A DNA stretch of 64,000 nucleotides from an uncultured Pelagibacteraceae bacterium (GCA_902544525.1 CACCCN010000001.1:41289-105288); one strand, 5' to 3'; counted from the stretch's first letter, positions 29,504 through 40,553 are shown. Made by a program: numbers and translations. Notes: generated by a model not told the origin, from the sequence alone.

Positions 29504-30199
29504 CTAACTTAGAAATCTTTTTTTAATTATTTTATAAATAGCTGGTATTAATACTATTGCGGCAACAACGAAAATTGGCACTAGATAGCTAGGATTTAAT
29601 AACATAGAGCTATCAAATTCTTTTGCTTCAACAATATCATTAATTCCACTACCGATACTTACTAAGATATATGCCCATGGAACTACACCAAATATTGTAG
29701 CTATAAAGTAGTCTCTCATTCTCATATCAAAAATTGCTGGCAATAGATTTTGAACGCCAAAAGGGGTACCACCAATTACCCTAATAAATAGTAAATAACT
29801 GATTGCGTTAGAATTAAATCCATCTTTAATTTTTTTAAAACGATCACCTAACTTACGCAGAAAAAAACTCTTGAATAAATATCTTCCATATAAAAATACA
29901 ATCATAGCCCCAATAGTTTCACCAATAATTGCTATTGCCAAGCCAGTGTAAAATCCAAAGTAGAATCCTGAGAGTATACAAACAGGTGAAGCAAACCCCA
30001 TTAAAGCTATAGTTATTGTTAAAATTGCAGTAGTAATTAAAATTGAAGATATTGGATTTTCAGCAATAAATTCCTTGAAAAAACCATTTTGAGTAACTAT
30101 GAATTCCATTGAAATTGGATTATTATTTCCAAGAAAATAGAGACCAAAAACAGCAATAATACCAAATAATGACCAGTAAATTGTTTTCTTATTTATCAT
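29504..30199 (-). CDS. TVP38/TMEM64 (DedA-related) family membrane protein
   Basis: Polytopic protein. The internal ...IGETIGAMIVFLYGRY... and GGTPFGVQNLL segments are typical of the family. I prefer the ATG at 30199 (MINKKTIYW); the ORF track extends to 30256. Confidence 0.7.
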   Translation of the reverse strand: MINKKTIYWSLFGIIAVFGLYFLGNNNPISMEFIVTQNGFFKEFIAENPISSILITTAILTITIALMGFASPVCILSGFYFGFYTGLAIAIIGETIGAMIVFLYGRYLFKSFFLRKLGDRFKKIKDGFNSNAISYLLFIRVIGGTPFGVQNLLPAIFDMRMRDYFIATIFGVVPWAYILVSIGSGINDIVEAKEFDSSMLLNPSYLVPIFVVAAIVLIPAIYKIIKKRFLS

Positions 30200-30281
30200 A
30201 GTTTTTGAGACTTTTAATACTATTTGACTATCTATAGTTTGCAATTTATAACGCAATCCACAAGTTAACTTATTTAATCAA

Positions 30282-30416
30282 ATGAAAAGAACATTTCAAC
30301 CATCAAATATAGTAAAAAAGCATAGACATGGCTTTAGAGCAAGATCTGGGACTAAAAGTGGCAGGATAATACTTGCACGTCGAAGAGCTAAGGGCAGAAA
30401 AGTTCTTTCTGCTTAA
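30282..30416 (+). CDS. rpmH: 50S ribosomal protein L34
   Basis: Translates to [44 protein letters not shown] (44 aa), which is too short for the ORF track. It lies upstream of rnpA as usual. Confidence 0.95.
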   Translation: MKRTFQPSNIVKKHRHGFRARSGTKSGRIILARRRAKGRKVLSA

Positions 30417-30432
30417 ATCTATGTGAAGCTTG

Positions 30433-30765
30433 ATGGTTACTCTTCAAACACTTAAAACATCAAAAGACTTTCAAGCTGCTAAAAATGGTAGATTTTATAG
30501 AAGTAATTCATTTCTTTTGCAGGCACTTAAAGCTAGTAATGAAAATATAATAAAAGTTGGCTATACGGTAACTAAACAAAACGGAAATGCGGTAAACAGA
30601 AATAGAATAAAAAGAAGATTAAGAGAAGTTGTTGCGAATGTGATTCATGATTATGGTAAAAATAATTGGAATTATGTACTAATTGGTAAAAAAAAAGTTA
30701 TAACTGCTGACTTTGAGGATTTGAATAAAGAGTTTATTAACGCATTAAAAAAAATACATAAATGA
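30433..30765 (+). CDS. rnpA: Ribonuclease P protein component
   Basis: About 110 aa and basic, with the [14 protein letters not shown] motif. Positioned between rpmH and yidD. The ORF track uses TTG at 30430. Confidence 0.85.
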   Translation: MVTLQTLKTSKDFQAAKNGRFYRSNSFLLQALKASNENIIKVGYTVTKQNGNAVNRNRIKRRLREVVANVIHDYGKNNWNYVLIGKKKVITADFEDLNKEFINALKKIHK

Positions 30766-30998
30766 GCATATTTAAAAAAATTTTAATTTTTCTGATTATA
30801 GGATACCAAAGACTTGTCTCTCCATATTTTCCGTCCTCTTGTCGATTTGACCCAACTTGTTCAAATTATGCAAAAGAAGCTATACAAACTCATGGTGCTT
30901 TGAAAGGCACCTATCTAAGTATTATTAGAATTGGGAAATGTCATCCCATAAAAATTTTAGGTGGATCTGAGGGATACGATCCAGTTCCAAAAAAATAA
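30762..30998 (+). CDS. yidD: Membrane protein insertion efficiency factor YidD
   Basis: The [35 protein letters not shown] signature. Confidence 0.9.
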   Translation: MSIFKKILIFLIIGYQRLVSPYFPSSCRFDPTCSNYAKEAIQTHGALKGTYLSIIRIGKCHPIKILGGSEGYDPVPKK

Positions 30999-31003
30999 TC
31001 AGC

Positions 31004-32722
31004 ATGGATACAAGAAATATTATATTAGCTACCGCCTTATCTATAGGAATCTTATTAGTTTGGAGTGTTTACTTCGCGCCACCACCAGTTCTTAATGAAC
31101 CTATTACTTCTGAACTGTCAGAAAGCTCAGACAGCAATGAAATTGATTCAGATTTAGGTCTTGGAAGTTTAGATGAATCAATCGATATTATTGAAGAAAA
31201 TGAAATATTATCTCTTGAGGATAGTATTTCTGACTCAGACAGAATTGAGATTAATACTCCAGGAATTTCTGGTTCGATAAGACTAAATGGTCTAATAATT
31301 GACGATGTCACTCTTAAATCTTATCGTGAGACCCTTGATGAAAATTCAGAAAATATTCGTTTCTTAAGTCCACTTAAAACTGGTGATGGCCATGAAGTTT
31401 CATTCGGATGGATACAGGCCAAAAACAGTGATTTTGAAATTCCAAATAGAAATACTCCGTGGAAACTTATAAGTGGCAGTAACGTTTTAAATTTAAACAA
31501 TGAACTAATATTTGAATGGAAAAATAAAACAGGGCAAATATTTCAATCTACTATTGAACTGGATGATGAGTATTTATTTAAAATTACCCAAAAAATAATC
31601 AATAATGGTGCAAATGGCATCATAGTAAACAACGCTGCAAAAATTACTCGGGAGAGTACGCCTACTTTGTCTGGTATGTTTATCTTACATGAAGGTCTTA
31701 TCGGAGTACTTAATGAAGAACTTGAACAAATTGATTATGACGATCTTGCTGAAGACAAAGTATATAACTTTGACAGCCAAAATGGTTGGCTTGGATTTAC
31801 TGATAAATATTGGCTTACCGCCCTTATTCCTGAACAGGGAAAATCTTTCAAAGGAATATTTAGCTATGATAAAAATTATAGTGCCTATTTTCGAAGTCAA
31901 GACTCGGTAATAGTAAGTGCGGGTGATACTTATCAGACTTCAAATAATATTTTTATTGGAGCAAAAGAAGCAGAGGTAATTGATGCTTACCAAGAAGAAT
32001 ATAACTTTTATAACTTTGATCTTTCAATCGATTGGGGATGGTTCTATTTTTTAACAAAGCCTTTATTCTATATTATCTATTATTTATTTGAATTAACTGG
32101 AAATTTTGGAGTTGCTATTATTATCTTAACGGCAATGACAAGAATATTATTTTTTCCATTGGCTAACTGGTCATTTGTCTCAATGGCAAAAATGAAAAAG
32201 CTACAACCAGAAATGACAAGATTGAAAGAGTTGCATAAAGATGACCGCCAACAGCAACAACAGGCACTGATGGCATTGTATAAAAAAGAGAAGGTGAACC
32301 CTGTCTCAGGTTGCTTGCCGATATTGATCCAGATCCCGTTCTTTTTTGCAATCTATAAAATGCTATTTGTATCTCTAGAGATGCGGCACGCGCCATTTTT
32401 TGGCTGGATACAAGACTTATCAGCAAAAGACCCAACGACCATATTTAATTTATTTGGCTTAATTCCATGGGATCCACCTTCATTTATGATCATAGGTGTA
32501 TGGCCAATTTTGATGGGTCTTACTATGTGGATTCAACAAAAATTAAATCCAGCACCACCAGATCCAATACAGGCAAGAATATTTATGTTCTTCCCATTTT
32601 TTATTACCATACTGCTTTCTCAATTTGCTGCAGGTCTTGTTATCTATTGGACTACAAATAATTTGCTATCGATTATTCAACAGTGGATTATTACTCGTCG
32701 CGTAAACGTTAAAACTAACTAA
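31004..32722 (+). CDS. yidC: Membrane protein insertase YidC
   Basis: 572 aa with a large periplasmic domain. The C-terminal core carries KMKKLQPEM...YKKEKVNPVSGCLPILIQIPFFFAIY. Confidence 0.95.
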   Translation: MDTRNIILATALSIGILLVWSVYFAPPPVLNEPITSELSESSDSNEIDSDLGLGSLDESIDIIEENEILSLEDSISDSDRIEINTPGISGSIRLNGLIIDDVTLKSYRETLDENSENIRFLSPLKTGDGHEVSFGWIQAKNSDFEIPNRNTPWKLISGSNVLNLNNELIFEWKNKTGQIFQSTIELDDEYLFKITQKIINNGANGIIVNNAAKITRESTPTLSGMFILHEGLIGVLNEELEQIDYDDLAEDKVYNFDSQNGWLGFTDKYWLTALIPEQGKSFKGIFSYDKNYSAYFRSQDSVIVSAGDTYQTSNNIFIGAKEAEVIDAYQEEYNFYNFDLSIDWGWFYFLTKPLFYIIYYLFELTGNFGVAIIILTAMTRILFFPLANWSFVSMAKMKKLQPEMTRLKELHKDDRQQQQQALMALYKKEKVNPVSGCLPILIQIPFFFAIYKMLFVSLEMRHAPFFGWIQDLSAKDPTTIFNLFGLIPWDPPSFMIIGVWPILMGLTMWIQQKLNPAPPDPIQARIFMFFPFFITILLSQFAAGLVIYWTTNNLLSIIQQWIITRRVNVKTN

Positions 32723-32727
32723 TAATT

Positions 32728-33618
32728 ATGGCTAATAAATTAAATATTGCTCTACAGAGAGCAAAACTTTTGAATAAGCTATGGCCACAAGGAAAACAAT
32801 TTCATAAACAGGCTTTAGCTTTTACTGATTTTTATCAAGATAAAATCATTGTGATAAAATATGGTGGTTTTGCACTTAGTAATCAAAAGATTGTAAAATC
32901 TTTTGCAAAAAATATTTCGTTATTTAATCAGCTCGGATTAAAAGTTGTTATTGTGCATGGTGGTGGACCACAAATTGAAAAAGAGATGCAAAAACAAAAA
33001 ATTAAAGATCAAGAGTATCAAGGCTTACGAGTTACTAATAAAAAAATTCTCAGTATTGTAAAAAAAATAATTGGTCGCGAATTAAATCCAATGATTGTTA
33101 AGAATATTAGTCAGTCTGGTGGTAAAGCAAAATCCATCAATGGGATAACTAAAAAAATAATTCAAGCAAAAAAAATTCTTAATGGTAAAATTGGTTTTGT
33201 AGGTACTCCTAGCAATTTAAATAAAACCTATATTTTAGAATTGTTAAAAAAAGGAATAGTGCCTGTGATTTCACCTCTTGGATACGATAAATTAGGTAAT
33301 ACATATAATATTAATGCTGATACTGCTGCAGGTTATGTTGCAGAAAAATTAAAAGCGGAAAGACTTATTTTGCTAACTGATGTGGTGGGAGTTTTAGATA
33401 ACAAAAAGAAATTAATAGCTGCGTTAAATGAAAAAAATGCCTCAAAATTTATAAAAAATGGTACTATAAAAGGTGGAATGCTGCCAAAAATAAAAACATG
33501 CTTCAACATTATTAAAAAAGGCGTTAAGGGTGTTGTGATTATTGATGGGCGTAATCCAAATGCAACCATTTTAGAACTATTTACTAAAAAAGGTGCTGGA
33601 ACGTTAATTTCAAAATAA
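32728..33618 (+). CDS. argB: Acetylglutamate kinase
   Basis: Motifs VIKYGG, VVIVHGGGPQI and NINADTAAG. Confidence 0.9.
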   Translation: MANKLNIALQRAKLLNKLWPQGKQFHKQALAFTDFYQDKIIVIKYGGFALSNQKIVKSFAKNISLFNQLGLKVVIVHGGGPQIEKEMQKQKIKDQEYQGLRVTNKKILSIVKKIIGRELNPMIVKNISQSGGKAKSINGITKKIIQAKKILNGKIGFVGTPSNLNKTYILELLKKGIVPVISPLGYDKLGNTYNINADTAAGYVAEKLKAERLILLTDVVGVLDNKKKLIAALNEKNASKFIKNGTIKGGMLPKIKTCFNIIKKGVKGVVIIDGRNPNATILELFTKKGAGTLISK

Positions 33619-33631
33619 TAAAGGTTAATAA

Positions 33632-34453
33632 ATGGATAATACTGAAACTAAAGATTTTATTGAAAAGGCTTGGGATAATATTGCTGACTTAGATATTAAC
33701 GATGCAGCCTTAATAACACATGTAAATAATACTATTGATCTGGTTGATAATGGTACTATTCGCGTCGCTGAAAAACAAGGTAATGACTGGACTGTAAATC
33801 AATGGATTAAAAAAGCAGTATTGCTGTCGTTTCGAATTAATTCAAATCAACTTATAAAAGGCCCTTATACTACTTGGTACGATAAGGTCGAAGGCAAAAC
33901 TACAAAATGGGGTGATGATGATTGGAAAGTAGCTGGCTATAGACACGTACCCAATGGAGTAGTTCGAAAAGGTTCGTTCATAGGCAAAAATGTGGTTTTA
34001 ATGCCATCATTTGTAAATATTGGTGCTTATGTTGACGAGGGTACCATGGTTGATACGTGGTCGACAGTAGGCTCATGCGCACAAATTGGAAAAAATTGTC
34101 ACTTATCTGGTGGCGTCGGAATTGGTGGTGTACTAGAACCTTTGCAAGCGAATCCAGTTATCATTGAAGATAATTGTTTTGTTGGTGCTAGATCTGAAGT
34201 TGCAGAAGGTGTTATTGTTCGTGAAGGTTCAGTAATTTCTATGGGTGTCTATCTAGGTGCCTCAACTAAAATAATAAATAGAGAAACTGGTGAAATTTCT
34301 TATGGCGAAGTGCCTCCGTATTCAGTTATTGTTCCAGGAAATTTACCAAACAAAGATGCATCTAAGCCTGGGTTATATTGTGCTGTTATAGTAAAAACAG
34401 TTGATGCTCAGACTCGTTCAAAAACTTCAATTAATGATCTATTGAGGGAATAG
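33632..34453 (+). CDS. dapD: 2,3,4,5-tetrahydropyridine-2,6-dicarboxylate N-succinyltransferase
   Basis: 273 aa with hexapeptide repeats and typical DapD N-terminal and C-terminal regions. Adjacent to dapE. Confidence 0.9.
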   Translation: MDNTETKDFIEKAWDNIADLDINDAALITHVNNTIDLVDNGTIRVAEKQGNDWTVNQWIKKAVLLSFRINSNQLIKGPYTTWYDKVEGKTTKWGDDDWKVAGYRHVPNGVVRKGSFIGKNVVLMPSFVNIGAYVDEGTMVDTWSTVGSCAQIGKNCHLSGGVGIGGVLEPLQANPVIIEDNCFVGARSEVAEGVIVREGSVISMGVYLGASTKIINRETGEISYGEVPPYSVIVPGNLPNKDASKPGLYCAVIVKTVDAQTRSKTSINDLLRE

Positions 34454-34458
34454 CAAGA

Positions 34459-35619
34459 ATGTCTGAGTCACTTATTGATCCAATCGAACTAACGCAATCA
34501 CTTATTACACATCCAAGTGTTACCCCAAATGATGGAGGTGTTCTAAAGACACTACAAGATCAGTTGGAGAGAATTGGTTTTCAATGTACTCGCATGCTGT
34601 TTGAAGAGCCTGACACTAAACCAGTTGATAACTTATTTGCAACTTATGGTTCTGGTTCACCTCATTTATGTTTCGGTGGGCATACAGACGTTGTTCCTGT
34701 AGGCAACTTATCATCGTGGACTAATGATCCTTTTGACGCAGTTATTAAAGATGGAAATTTATACGGCAGAGGAGCAGCTGATATGAAATCGGCAATCGCT
34801 GCTTTTACAACAGCAGCAAGCAATTTTGTTAATGAAGTAGATTTTAAAGGAACTATTAGCTTACTAATTACTAATGATGAAGAGGGTCCAGCAATAAATG
34901 GTACAAAAAAAGTCTTAGAAGAACTTGCCAAAAAAAATGTTAAAATTGACTCCTGCATTGTAGGTGAGCCAACTTGTCCTTCACAGCTAGGCGATATGAT
35001 TAAAATTGGTCGTCGTGGCAGCTTAACTACTAATATTTCCATTACAGGAATTCAGGGACATGTTGCCTATCCTCAATGGACGTTAAATCCTATTGATGCT
35101 CTGACTAAAGTTTTAAAAAAAATTGTAGATCTAGAACTTGATAGTGGAACTGATGATTTTCCACCATCAAATATTGAAATCGTAAAGATCAATGCTGATA
35201 ATACAGCAGATAATGTGGTGCCTCAATCAGCTACAGCACAAATTAATATACGTTATAATGTTCTGCAATCTGAAGAAGGTCTCATTAAGTTAATTAATAA
35301 TATTATAAAAGAAGAACTTTCGGATACTGATTATAAATCAAAAATTGAATTCAAAAACTCTGCTCAACCTTTTTTAACAAAAAAAAGCGATTTCACATCA
35401 AAAATCAAAGAAGCTGTTGACTCAGTTACTGGCCTTAATTCAGAATTTAGTACTACTGGTGGTACTAGTGATGCTCGATTTTTCAAAGACTACTGTGAGG
35501 TTGCTGAGTTTGGCTTAGTTGGCTCTTCAGCCCATCAAGTTGATGAGCATGTTAGAGTGGAAGATATTGAAAAACTTACTAAGGTATACGAAGAGATTAT
35601 TAAAAAATATTTTTCTTAA
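34459..35619 (+). CDS. dapE: Succinyl-diaminopimelate desuccinylase (M20 peptidase)
   Basis: Motifs GHTDVVP, GRGAADMK, NDEEG and GGTSDARF. Confidence 0.9.
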   Translation: MSESLIDPIELTQSLITHPSVTPNDGGVLKTLQDQLERIGFQCTRMLFEEPDTKPVDNLFATYGSGSPHLCFGGHTDVVPVGNLSSWTNDPFDAVIKDGNLYGRGAADMKSAIAAFTTAASNFVNEVDFKGTISLLITNDEEGPAINGTKKVLEELAKKNVKIDSCIVGEPTCPSQLGDMIKIGRRGSLTTNISITGIQGHVAYPQWTLNPIDALTKVLKKIVDLELDSGTDDFPPSNIEIVKINADNTADNVVPQSATAQINIRYNVLQSEEGLIKLINNIIKEELSDTDYKSKIEFKNSAQPFLTKKSDFTSKIKEAVDSVTGLNSEFSTTGGTSDARFFKDYCEVAEFGLVGSSAHQVDEHVRVEDIEKLTKVYEEIIKKYFS

Positions 35620-36050
35620 TAATCATAAAAATCAATTTCATCTGCACTTATCTGATATCCAGTTTCAGCCCAAATATTTGTTTGTGCTTTAACAATAATT
35701 TTTCCGGTTACCCAAACTGGCTCCCAAAGAGTCATGGCGTCCCACGGTACTTCAGTTGTTACATACACTAACTGATTGGGCGGTGGTGGCGGTACATGAA
35801 TACAAGCGCCAACAAATGGTACCAACATAAACTCCGTAACCCCAAAGCCTATATGATCTAATGGCACTATAAATCCAGGAATTTTCACAGTTTCACCATC
35901 TAATTTATTATTAAATTTTACTGATTTGGGAGTAAAAATATTAGTCCATGGTATAAGATCACTCCATCCAATCTCTCTGCTGTCTGCAGAAAATGAATTT
36001 ACAATTAACAAAGCTAATATTCCAAAACTAAAAAATAATTTCTTCATCAT
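35616..36050 (-). CDS. DUF3299 domain protein (ZrgD-like), secreted
   Basis: 144 aa with a signal peptide and the GFIVPLD...MLVPFVGACIHVPPPPPNQ motif. It is the last gene of the ABC operon, with a 4-nt overlap with the permease gene. Confidence 0.6.
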   Translation of the reverse strand: MMKKLFFSFGILALLIVNSFSADSREIGWSDLIPWTNIFTPKSVKFNNKLDGETVKIPGFIVPLDHIGFGVTEFMLVPFVGACIHVPPPPPNQLVYVTTEVPWDAMTLWEPVWVTGKIIVKAQTNIWAETGYQISADEIDFYDY

Positions 36051-37297
36051 ATTTTAACAGTCATACCATCATTTATAGAAAACCAATATGCTCGCAGTGC
36101 AGGTATTAAGCTTACAAACATTGCGGCAAATATAAATAATATAAATATATAAATATCACTTAAAGAAAACATCTCAACAGTTACTAATATTCCATAAGTA
36201 GTATCAATCCATGGCTGAAGAAAATAAAGCAATATAAATAATAAAATAGTACTAAAAAATATACTTACGCTTGAGATTATTAATGCTTCTAACATTAATA
36301 GCCCTATAACAATTTTAGGTGATGCGCCCATGGCTCTCCAAATAGCCATTTCTCGTCTTCTTTCATTTAAACTTGAAAGTACTATTGCAGCCATACCCAT
36401 CAAAGTAGTTAAAATAACAACAAATGATATTCCCAATAATATATTCTCAACAACTCCAACAATTCTCCATAATTCTTGTAGCGCAACGCCAGGCAATATT
36501 GCAATTAGCGCTTCTTCAGGGTACTCATTAATCCATCTCTGAAATTGAAAAATTTTTAATTTTGAGTTAACCCCTAATAGTACAGCTGTAATATTTGAAG
36601 TGGCTAAATCCATTTTACGAATTTCATCTATTGGGGTTACCTGCCCTGGAATTTTTGCACCACTAGACCAATCTACATGAATTGCTTCAATGGCTTTTAA
36701 ACTAACTATTATAGTATTATCGACGGGAGTCCCTGTTTTTGCGAGAATGCCTGAAACTTTAAATGGTTGGTCATCATGATCTGTAAACGACTTTAGTCCG
36801 TGAGAAACAATAATTGATGAGTTAATTTGATAATCTAATTTTTCCGCAACACCAAACCCAAGAACAACGTCATATAAATCTGAAAAATACTTACCGTCTT
36901 TTATAACCAAAGATTTATTTCCTCTATACTTATAATGTTTAAAAAATTCTTTATTAGTACCCATCACTCGATACCCCTTATGGCTGTCTCCTAAGGAAAT
37001 TGGTACTGCCCATTCAACCTCATCTTTTTCAATAATATCCTGGTAGCTTTCCCAAGTAATATTGTTGGTGGCATTACCGATTCTAAATATTGAATATAAT
37101 AACAGCTGAACAGAGCCAGTTTTTGAACCTACGATTAAATCTGTCTGAGATACTGTATTAGTAAAACTGGTGTATGCTGAGGATCTTAACTTTTCCACAC
37201 TTAGATAGAGCATCAATGAAAGTGAGATAGCAAAAATTGTCATGCTTACAGTCAATAGTCTTGCGTAGAGTGAATTTAGAGTTAATTTTAACAACAT
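36047..37297 (-). CDS. ABC transporter permease, FtsX/MacB type (ZrgC-like)
   Basis: 416 aa. One TM helix, a large periplasmic domain, then three C-terminal TM helices (FtsX topology). Confidence 0.8.
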   Translation of the reverse strand: MLLKLTLNSLYARLLTVSMTIFAISLSLMLYLSVEKLRSSAYTSFTNTVSQTDLIVGSKTGSVQLLLYSIFRIGNATNNITWESYQDIIEKDEVEWAVPISLGDSHKGYRVMGTNKEFFKHYKYRGNKSLVIKDGKYFSDLYDVVLGFGVAEKLDYQINSSIIVSHGLKSFTDHDDQPFKVSGILAKTGTPVDNTIIVSLKAIEAIHVDWSSGAKIPGQVTPIDEIRKMDLATSNITAVLLGVNSKLKIFQFQRWINEYPEEALIAILPGVALQELWRIVGVVENILLGISFVVILTTLMGMAAIVLSSLNERRREMAIWRAMGASPKIVIGLLMLEALIISSVSIFFSTILLFILLYFLQPWIDTTYGILVTVEMFSLSDIYIFILFIFAAMFVSLIPALRAYWFSINDGMTVKI

Positions 37298-37298
37298 T

Positions 37299-38003
37299 TT
37301 AATTCTCTCTAACTAAGATATCTTTGATATTTATTGTACGATCAAAGTAATTAGATATCGATGAGTCATGGGAAACCATTAGCAAAGTCGATTTATGTTC
37401 TTCAATCTGTCTGAACATTAAATCTAGAAATTTTTTTTGAGTAGATGCGTCTAATGAGGAAGTGGGTTCATCTGCGATTATTAAAGATGGGTTTCCAATT
37501 AAGGCTCTCGCAACTGCTACTCTTTGTTGTTGACCAACACTTAGTTTGTTTGCTTGCATTGCAATTGTGGACTCTGACAATTGAAGGGACCGACATAAGT
37601 TTAAAGCTGCTTCACGATGATTTTTAACTCTGCTATCTCTGTTTTTTGAAAAATATAAAGGTAAAGTAATATTATCGATAACATTCGCGTAAGGCAGTAA
37701 ATTAAATTGTTGAAAAATAATACCAATATTATCAGATCTAAATTGATCTTTTTTATTTGCTTTTAAATCATTAAGTTTTTGTTCATTTAAAAATATATCG
37801 CCAGATATGGGGCTTAAAAAACCACAAATAAGAGATAATAAGGTAGTTTTACCTGAACCACTCTCACCTAGAAGCAGTACCTTCTCCCCTCTGCCAATCT
37901 CTAGCTTAGGTATATAAATTTTAAAATCTGCAACTTTGGACCAATAGAATCTTACGGAATCTAGGTGGATTGTTTCTTCATTCAAATCAAATCTTACCTT
38001 CAA
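37299..38003 (-). CDS. ABC transporter ATP-binding protein (ZrgB-like)
   Basis: Walker A GESGSGKTT, signature LSVGQQQR, Walker B LIIADEPT. Confidence 0.85.
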   Translation of the reverse strand: MKVRFDLNEETIHLDSVRFYWSKVADFKIYIPKLEIGRGEKVLLLGESGSGKTTLLSLICGFLSPISGDIFLNEQKLNDLKANKKDQFRSDNIGIIFQQFNLLPYANVIDNITLPLYFSKNRDSRVKNHREAALNLCRSLQLSESTIAMQANKLSVGQQQRVAVARALIGNPSLIIADEPTSSLDASTQKKFLDLMFRQIEEHKSTLLMVSHDSSISNYFDRTINIKDILVREN

Positions 38004-38526
38004 TATTTATAATAGGATTATCTGCTTCAACCTCAAAACTCGTTGAGCCTATTTCAGACACAAATTGAACTTCTAGTTCTCCATAATTTGAAAAAGTTTC
38101 AAAATAAGGAAACTCTAATAGATCTAAAGATTTAATATCACCACATTCAAATGTGTATTTAGCATAAAATTCGTTATGCGCCTCCTCTTGGTGTTCATCG
38201 TGATCATCTTCTTGATTAATATTAATTTTAGAAGAAACTAATAAACATTTACTGTTAGTAGGAATTATAAAAATATTATTATAATCATCAAATTTTGTTA
38301 ATGCAGCATTAACTGTGGCTTTATCTTGTTCACTTTTAGCCTCATATTCAAAACCAACTATATCTGCACCAGGTATCATAAATTCTAAAACCATCGTATT
38401 ACTTTGGATTGCAATATTTAATTCACTAACCCCATGTTCATGCTTATCAACCTGTCTCGTTTCTTCTGCAAACAATAGTGAAATAAAAAAATAAAAAGAA
38501 ATAGAAATATATAAAAATAATCTCAC
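37987..38526 (-). CDS. DUF2796 / ZrgA-like periplasmic metal-binding protein
   Basis: Signal peptide and a His/Asp/Glu-rich segment QEDDHDEHQEEAHNE. GTG start preceded by AGGAGG. Positioned between zur and the ABC ATPase. Confidence 0.6.
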   Translation of the reverse strand: MRLFLYISISFYFFISLLFAEETRQVDKHEHGVSELNIAIQSNTMVLEFMIPGADIVGFEYEAKSEQDKATVNAALTKFDDYNNIFIIPTNSKCLLVSSKININQEDDHDEHQEEAHNEFYAKYTFECGDIKSLDLLEFPYFETFSNYGELEVQFVSEIGSTSFEVEADNPIINIEGKI

Positions 38527-38571
38527 TAATGCCTCCTAATATTAATTACAAAAAATATATTACCATATGAT

Positions 38572-38985
38572 TTAAATAGCCTTACAAGAATCACAAACAC
38601 CAAAAAATTCTAAATTATAACCTTTAAAGTTTACTCCTGATTTATCTTTAAAGTCAGATAAATATTTAAAAAGTTTTTGATCATTTATTTCTGTGACTAT
38701 TTCACATTGATTACAAATTGAAAATGCAACAGCATGTGGAGTTGCACAGTCTCCAATATTACATGCAATAAATGAGTTTTGACTCTCAATTTTATGTATC
38801 TTGCCTTTTTCAATCAGTTTATCTAGGGCTCGATATACTTGCGGTGGCGCATTAATTCCACTTTTTTTAACTCCGGACAATATTGAATAAGCCTTAACTG
38901 GTTTTTTTATTTTTTGGATGTAATCAAGTACTATTTTTTGATTTTTTGATAATGATATTTGATTTTTAATCATTGCATTTACCAT
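38572..38985 (-). CDS. zur: Fur-family zinc uptake regulator
   Basis: 137 aa with a winged-helix N-terminus and two Cys pairs (CNQCE, CDSCK). Embedded in the znu operon. Confidence 0.75.
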   Translation of the reverse strand: MVNAMIKNQISLSKNQKIVLDYIQKIKKPVKAYSILSGVKKSGINAPPQVYRALDKLIEKGKIHKIESQNSFIACNIGDCATPHAVAFSICNQCEIVTEINDQKLFKYLSDFKDKSGVNFKGYNLEFFGVCDSCKAI

Positions 38986-38986
38986 A

Positions 38987-39778
38987 TTAATATTTTTTTT
39001 TAATTTTTGTTAGAGATAAAATGAATAATATTAACGCTACTAAAATTATAGTTGGTCCCGAAGAAGTATTAATTTCAAATGAAGTGTAAAGACCAATACA
39101 AACTGATAGCAAACCACCTATTATTGAAAGAAATACCATTTGCTTTGGATTTTCAGATAGGTTTCGTGCCATTGCTGCTGGAATAATTAACATTCCTGTT
39201 ATTAATAATAAGCCAACCATTTTTATTGAAATTGCTATTAGCGCGGCCAATAAAATGGTAAATACAGCTTTGACTTTTTCCGGCTTCATGCCTTCCGCTT
39301 CAGCAAGTTCATAATTAACAGTTGATGCAAATAGAGGTTTCCAAATAAATCTTAAAGTCAAAAGTATTAATGCACCTCCTATCCATATTATTAATAAATC
39401 ATTAACGTTTACTGATAATATATCTCCGAATAATACTCCCATAATATCAAATCTAATAAATGAGAGAAAACCTAGGACAACTAAACCAATTGCAAGTGAC
39501 GAATGAGAAAGTAAACCTAACAGTGAGTCGCCTGCAAGATAAGTTGACTTTTCTAACCTTAACAAAATTAAAGATACAATCGAAGCAACTGCAAAAACTG
39601 ATAAGGCGACATTAATATCGAATGAAATCGATAACAAGACTCCAAGCAAAGATGAGTGCGCTAATGTATCCCCAAAGAATGATAGGCGTCTCCAGACAAC
39701 AAAGCACCCAAGTGGACCAGTAACAAGTGCAATTCCTATGCCTGCAACTAATGCTCTAAATAAAAAGTCATCAAACAT
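38987..39778 (-). CDS. znuB: Zinc ABC transporter permease
   Basis: 263 aa. ABC-3 family permease pattern (FFGDTLAHSSLLG) and 8 TM helices. Confidence 0.9.
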   Translation of the reverse strand: MFDDFLFRALVAGIGIALVTGPLGCFVVWRRLSFFGDTLAHSSLLGVLLSISFDINVALSVFAVASIVSLILLRLEKSTYLAGDSLLGLLSHSSLAIGLVVLGFLSFIRFDIMGVLFGDILSVNVNDLLIIWIGGALILLTLRFIWKPLFASTVNYELAEAEGMKPEKVKAVFTILLAALIAISIKMVGLLLITGMLIIPAAMARNLSENPKQMVFLSIIGGLLSVCIGLYTSFEINTSSGPTIILVALILFILSLTKIKKKY

Positions 39779-39780
39779 AT

Positions 39781-40530
39781 TTACTCTGTCTCTTTCATTA
39801 TCTTGCCGTCCACAGAATGGGTATGGTTGTGCTCATGTTCATAAATTGACAATAATTGTGATGATTGATCACCAAATAATTCTTTATAGTTTTTATTCTG
39901 TGCTACATCAACCGGAGAGCCTGAACAACAAACATGTCCATTTAAACAAACAACGTGGTTGGTCGCAGACATTACAACATGTAAGTCATGTGAAATTAAA
40001 AGGATTCCACAATTTAAAGACTCGGAAATATTCTTAATCAAGCCATATAATGCTACTTCACCAGAATAATCGACACCTTGAACAGGCTCATCTAAAACTA
40101 AAAGTTCAGGTTTTTTTGCAATTGCTCGCGCCAATAAAACTCTTTGAAATTCACCCCCAGATAGATCCCTGAGATTTCTAGTTTTTAAATGCTCAACGCC
40201 TGCCAAATTTAAAGCATTAGAGATTTCATCAGAATTTAAGTTTTGAGTTAAAACCATAAAATCGATGACTCTAATCGGCAGCGTCCAATCTATTGTCACT
40301 TTCTGAGGAACATAAGCTATTTTTTTTGTAAATCTTTGAACAGAACCTTCAATATTTTTATAGAGGCCTAATATAATCTTAGCTGTAGTCGACTTACCTG
40401 AACCATTAGGCCCAATAAGTGTTACTATTTTGCCTCGATGAATCTCTAAATCAACACCCTCTACAAGCCATTTATTATCTTTAAAAACGCCTGCATTAGA
40501 TAACTTTACCAACATGTTCTTCTCGCTCAT
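39781..40530 (-). CDS. znuC: Zinc ABC transporter ATP-binding protein
   Basis: Walker A GPNGSGKST, signature LSGGEFQR, Walker B LLVLDEP. C-terminal His-rich tail (HEHNHTH). Confidence 0.9.
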   Translation of the reverse strand: MSEKNMLVKLSNAGVFKDNKWLVEGVDLEIHRGKIVTLIGPNGSGKSTTAKIILGLYKNIEGSVQRFTKKIAYVPQKVTIDWTLPIRVIDFMVLTQNLNSDEISNALNLAGVEHLKTRNLRDLSGGEFQRVLLARAIAKKPELLVLDEPVQGVDYSGEVALYGLIKNISESLNCGILLISHDLHVVMSATNHVVCLNGHVCCSGSPVDVAQNKNYKELFGDQSSQLLSIYEHEHNHTHSVDGKIMKETE

Positions 40531-40553
40531 ATTTTCAGCTTGTCAAAAAAATT

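Noticed and set aside
30282-32722. rpmH-rnpA-yidD-yidC cluster as a marker of the replication origin
   Set aside because: No dnaA or dnaN gene and no DnaA-box cluster are visible nearby. In Alphaproteobacteria the origin is not generally linked to this cluster.
34662-35042. 126-aa minus-strand ORF, unusually long for an antisense ORF in AT-rich DNA
   Set aside because: It lies entirely inside dapE, whose identity is secure. The translation is Ser/Leu/Pro/Lys-rich shadow sequence typical of the frame opposite a well-biased gene. It has no start context and no motif.
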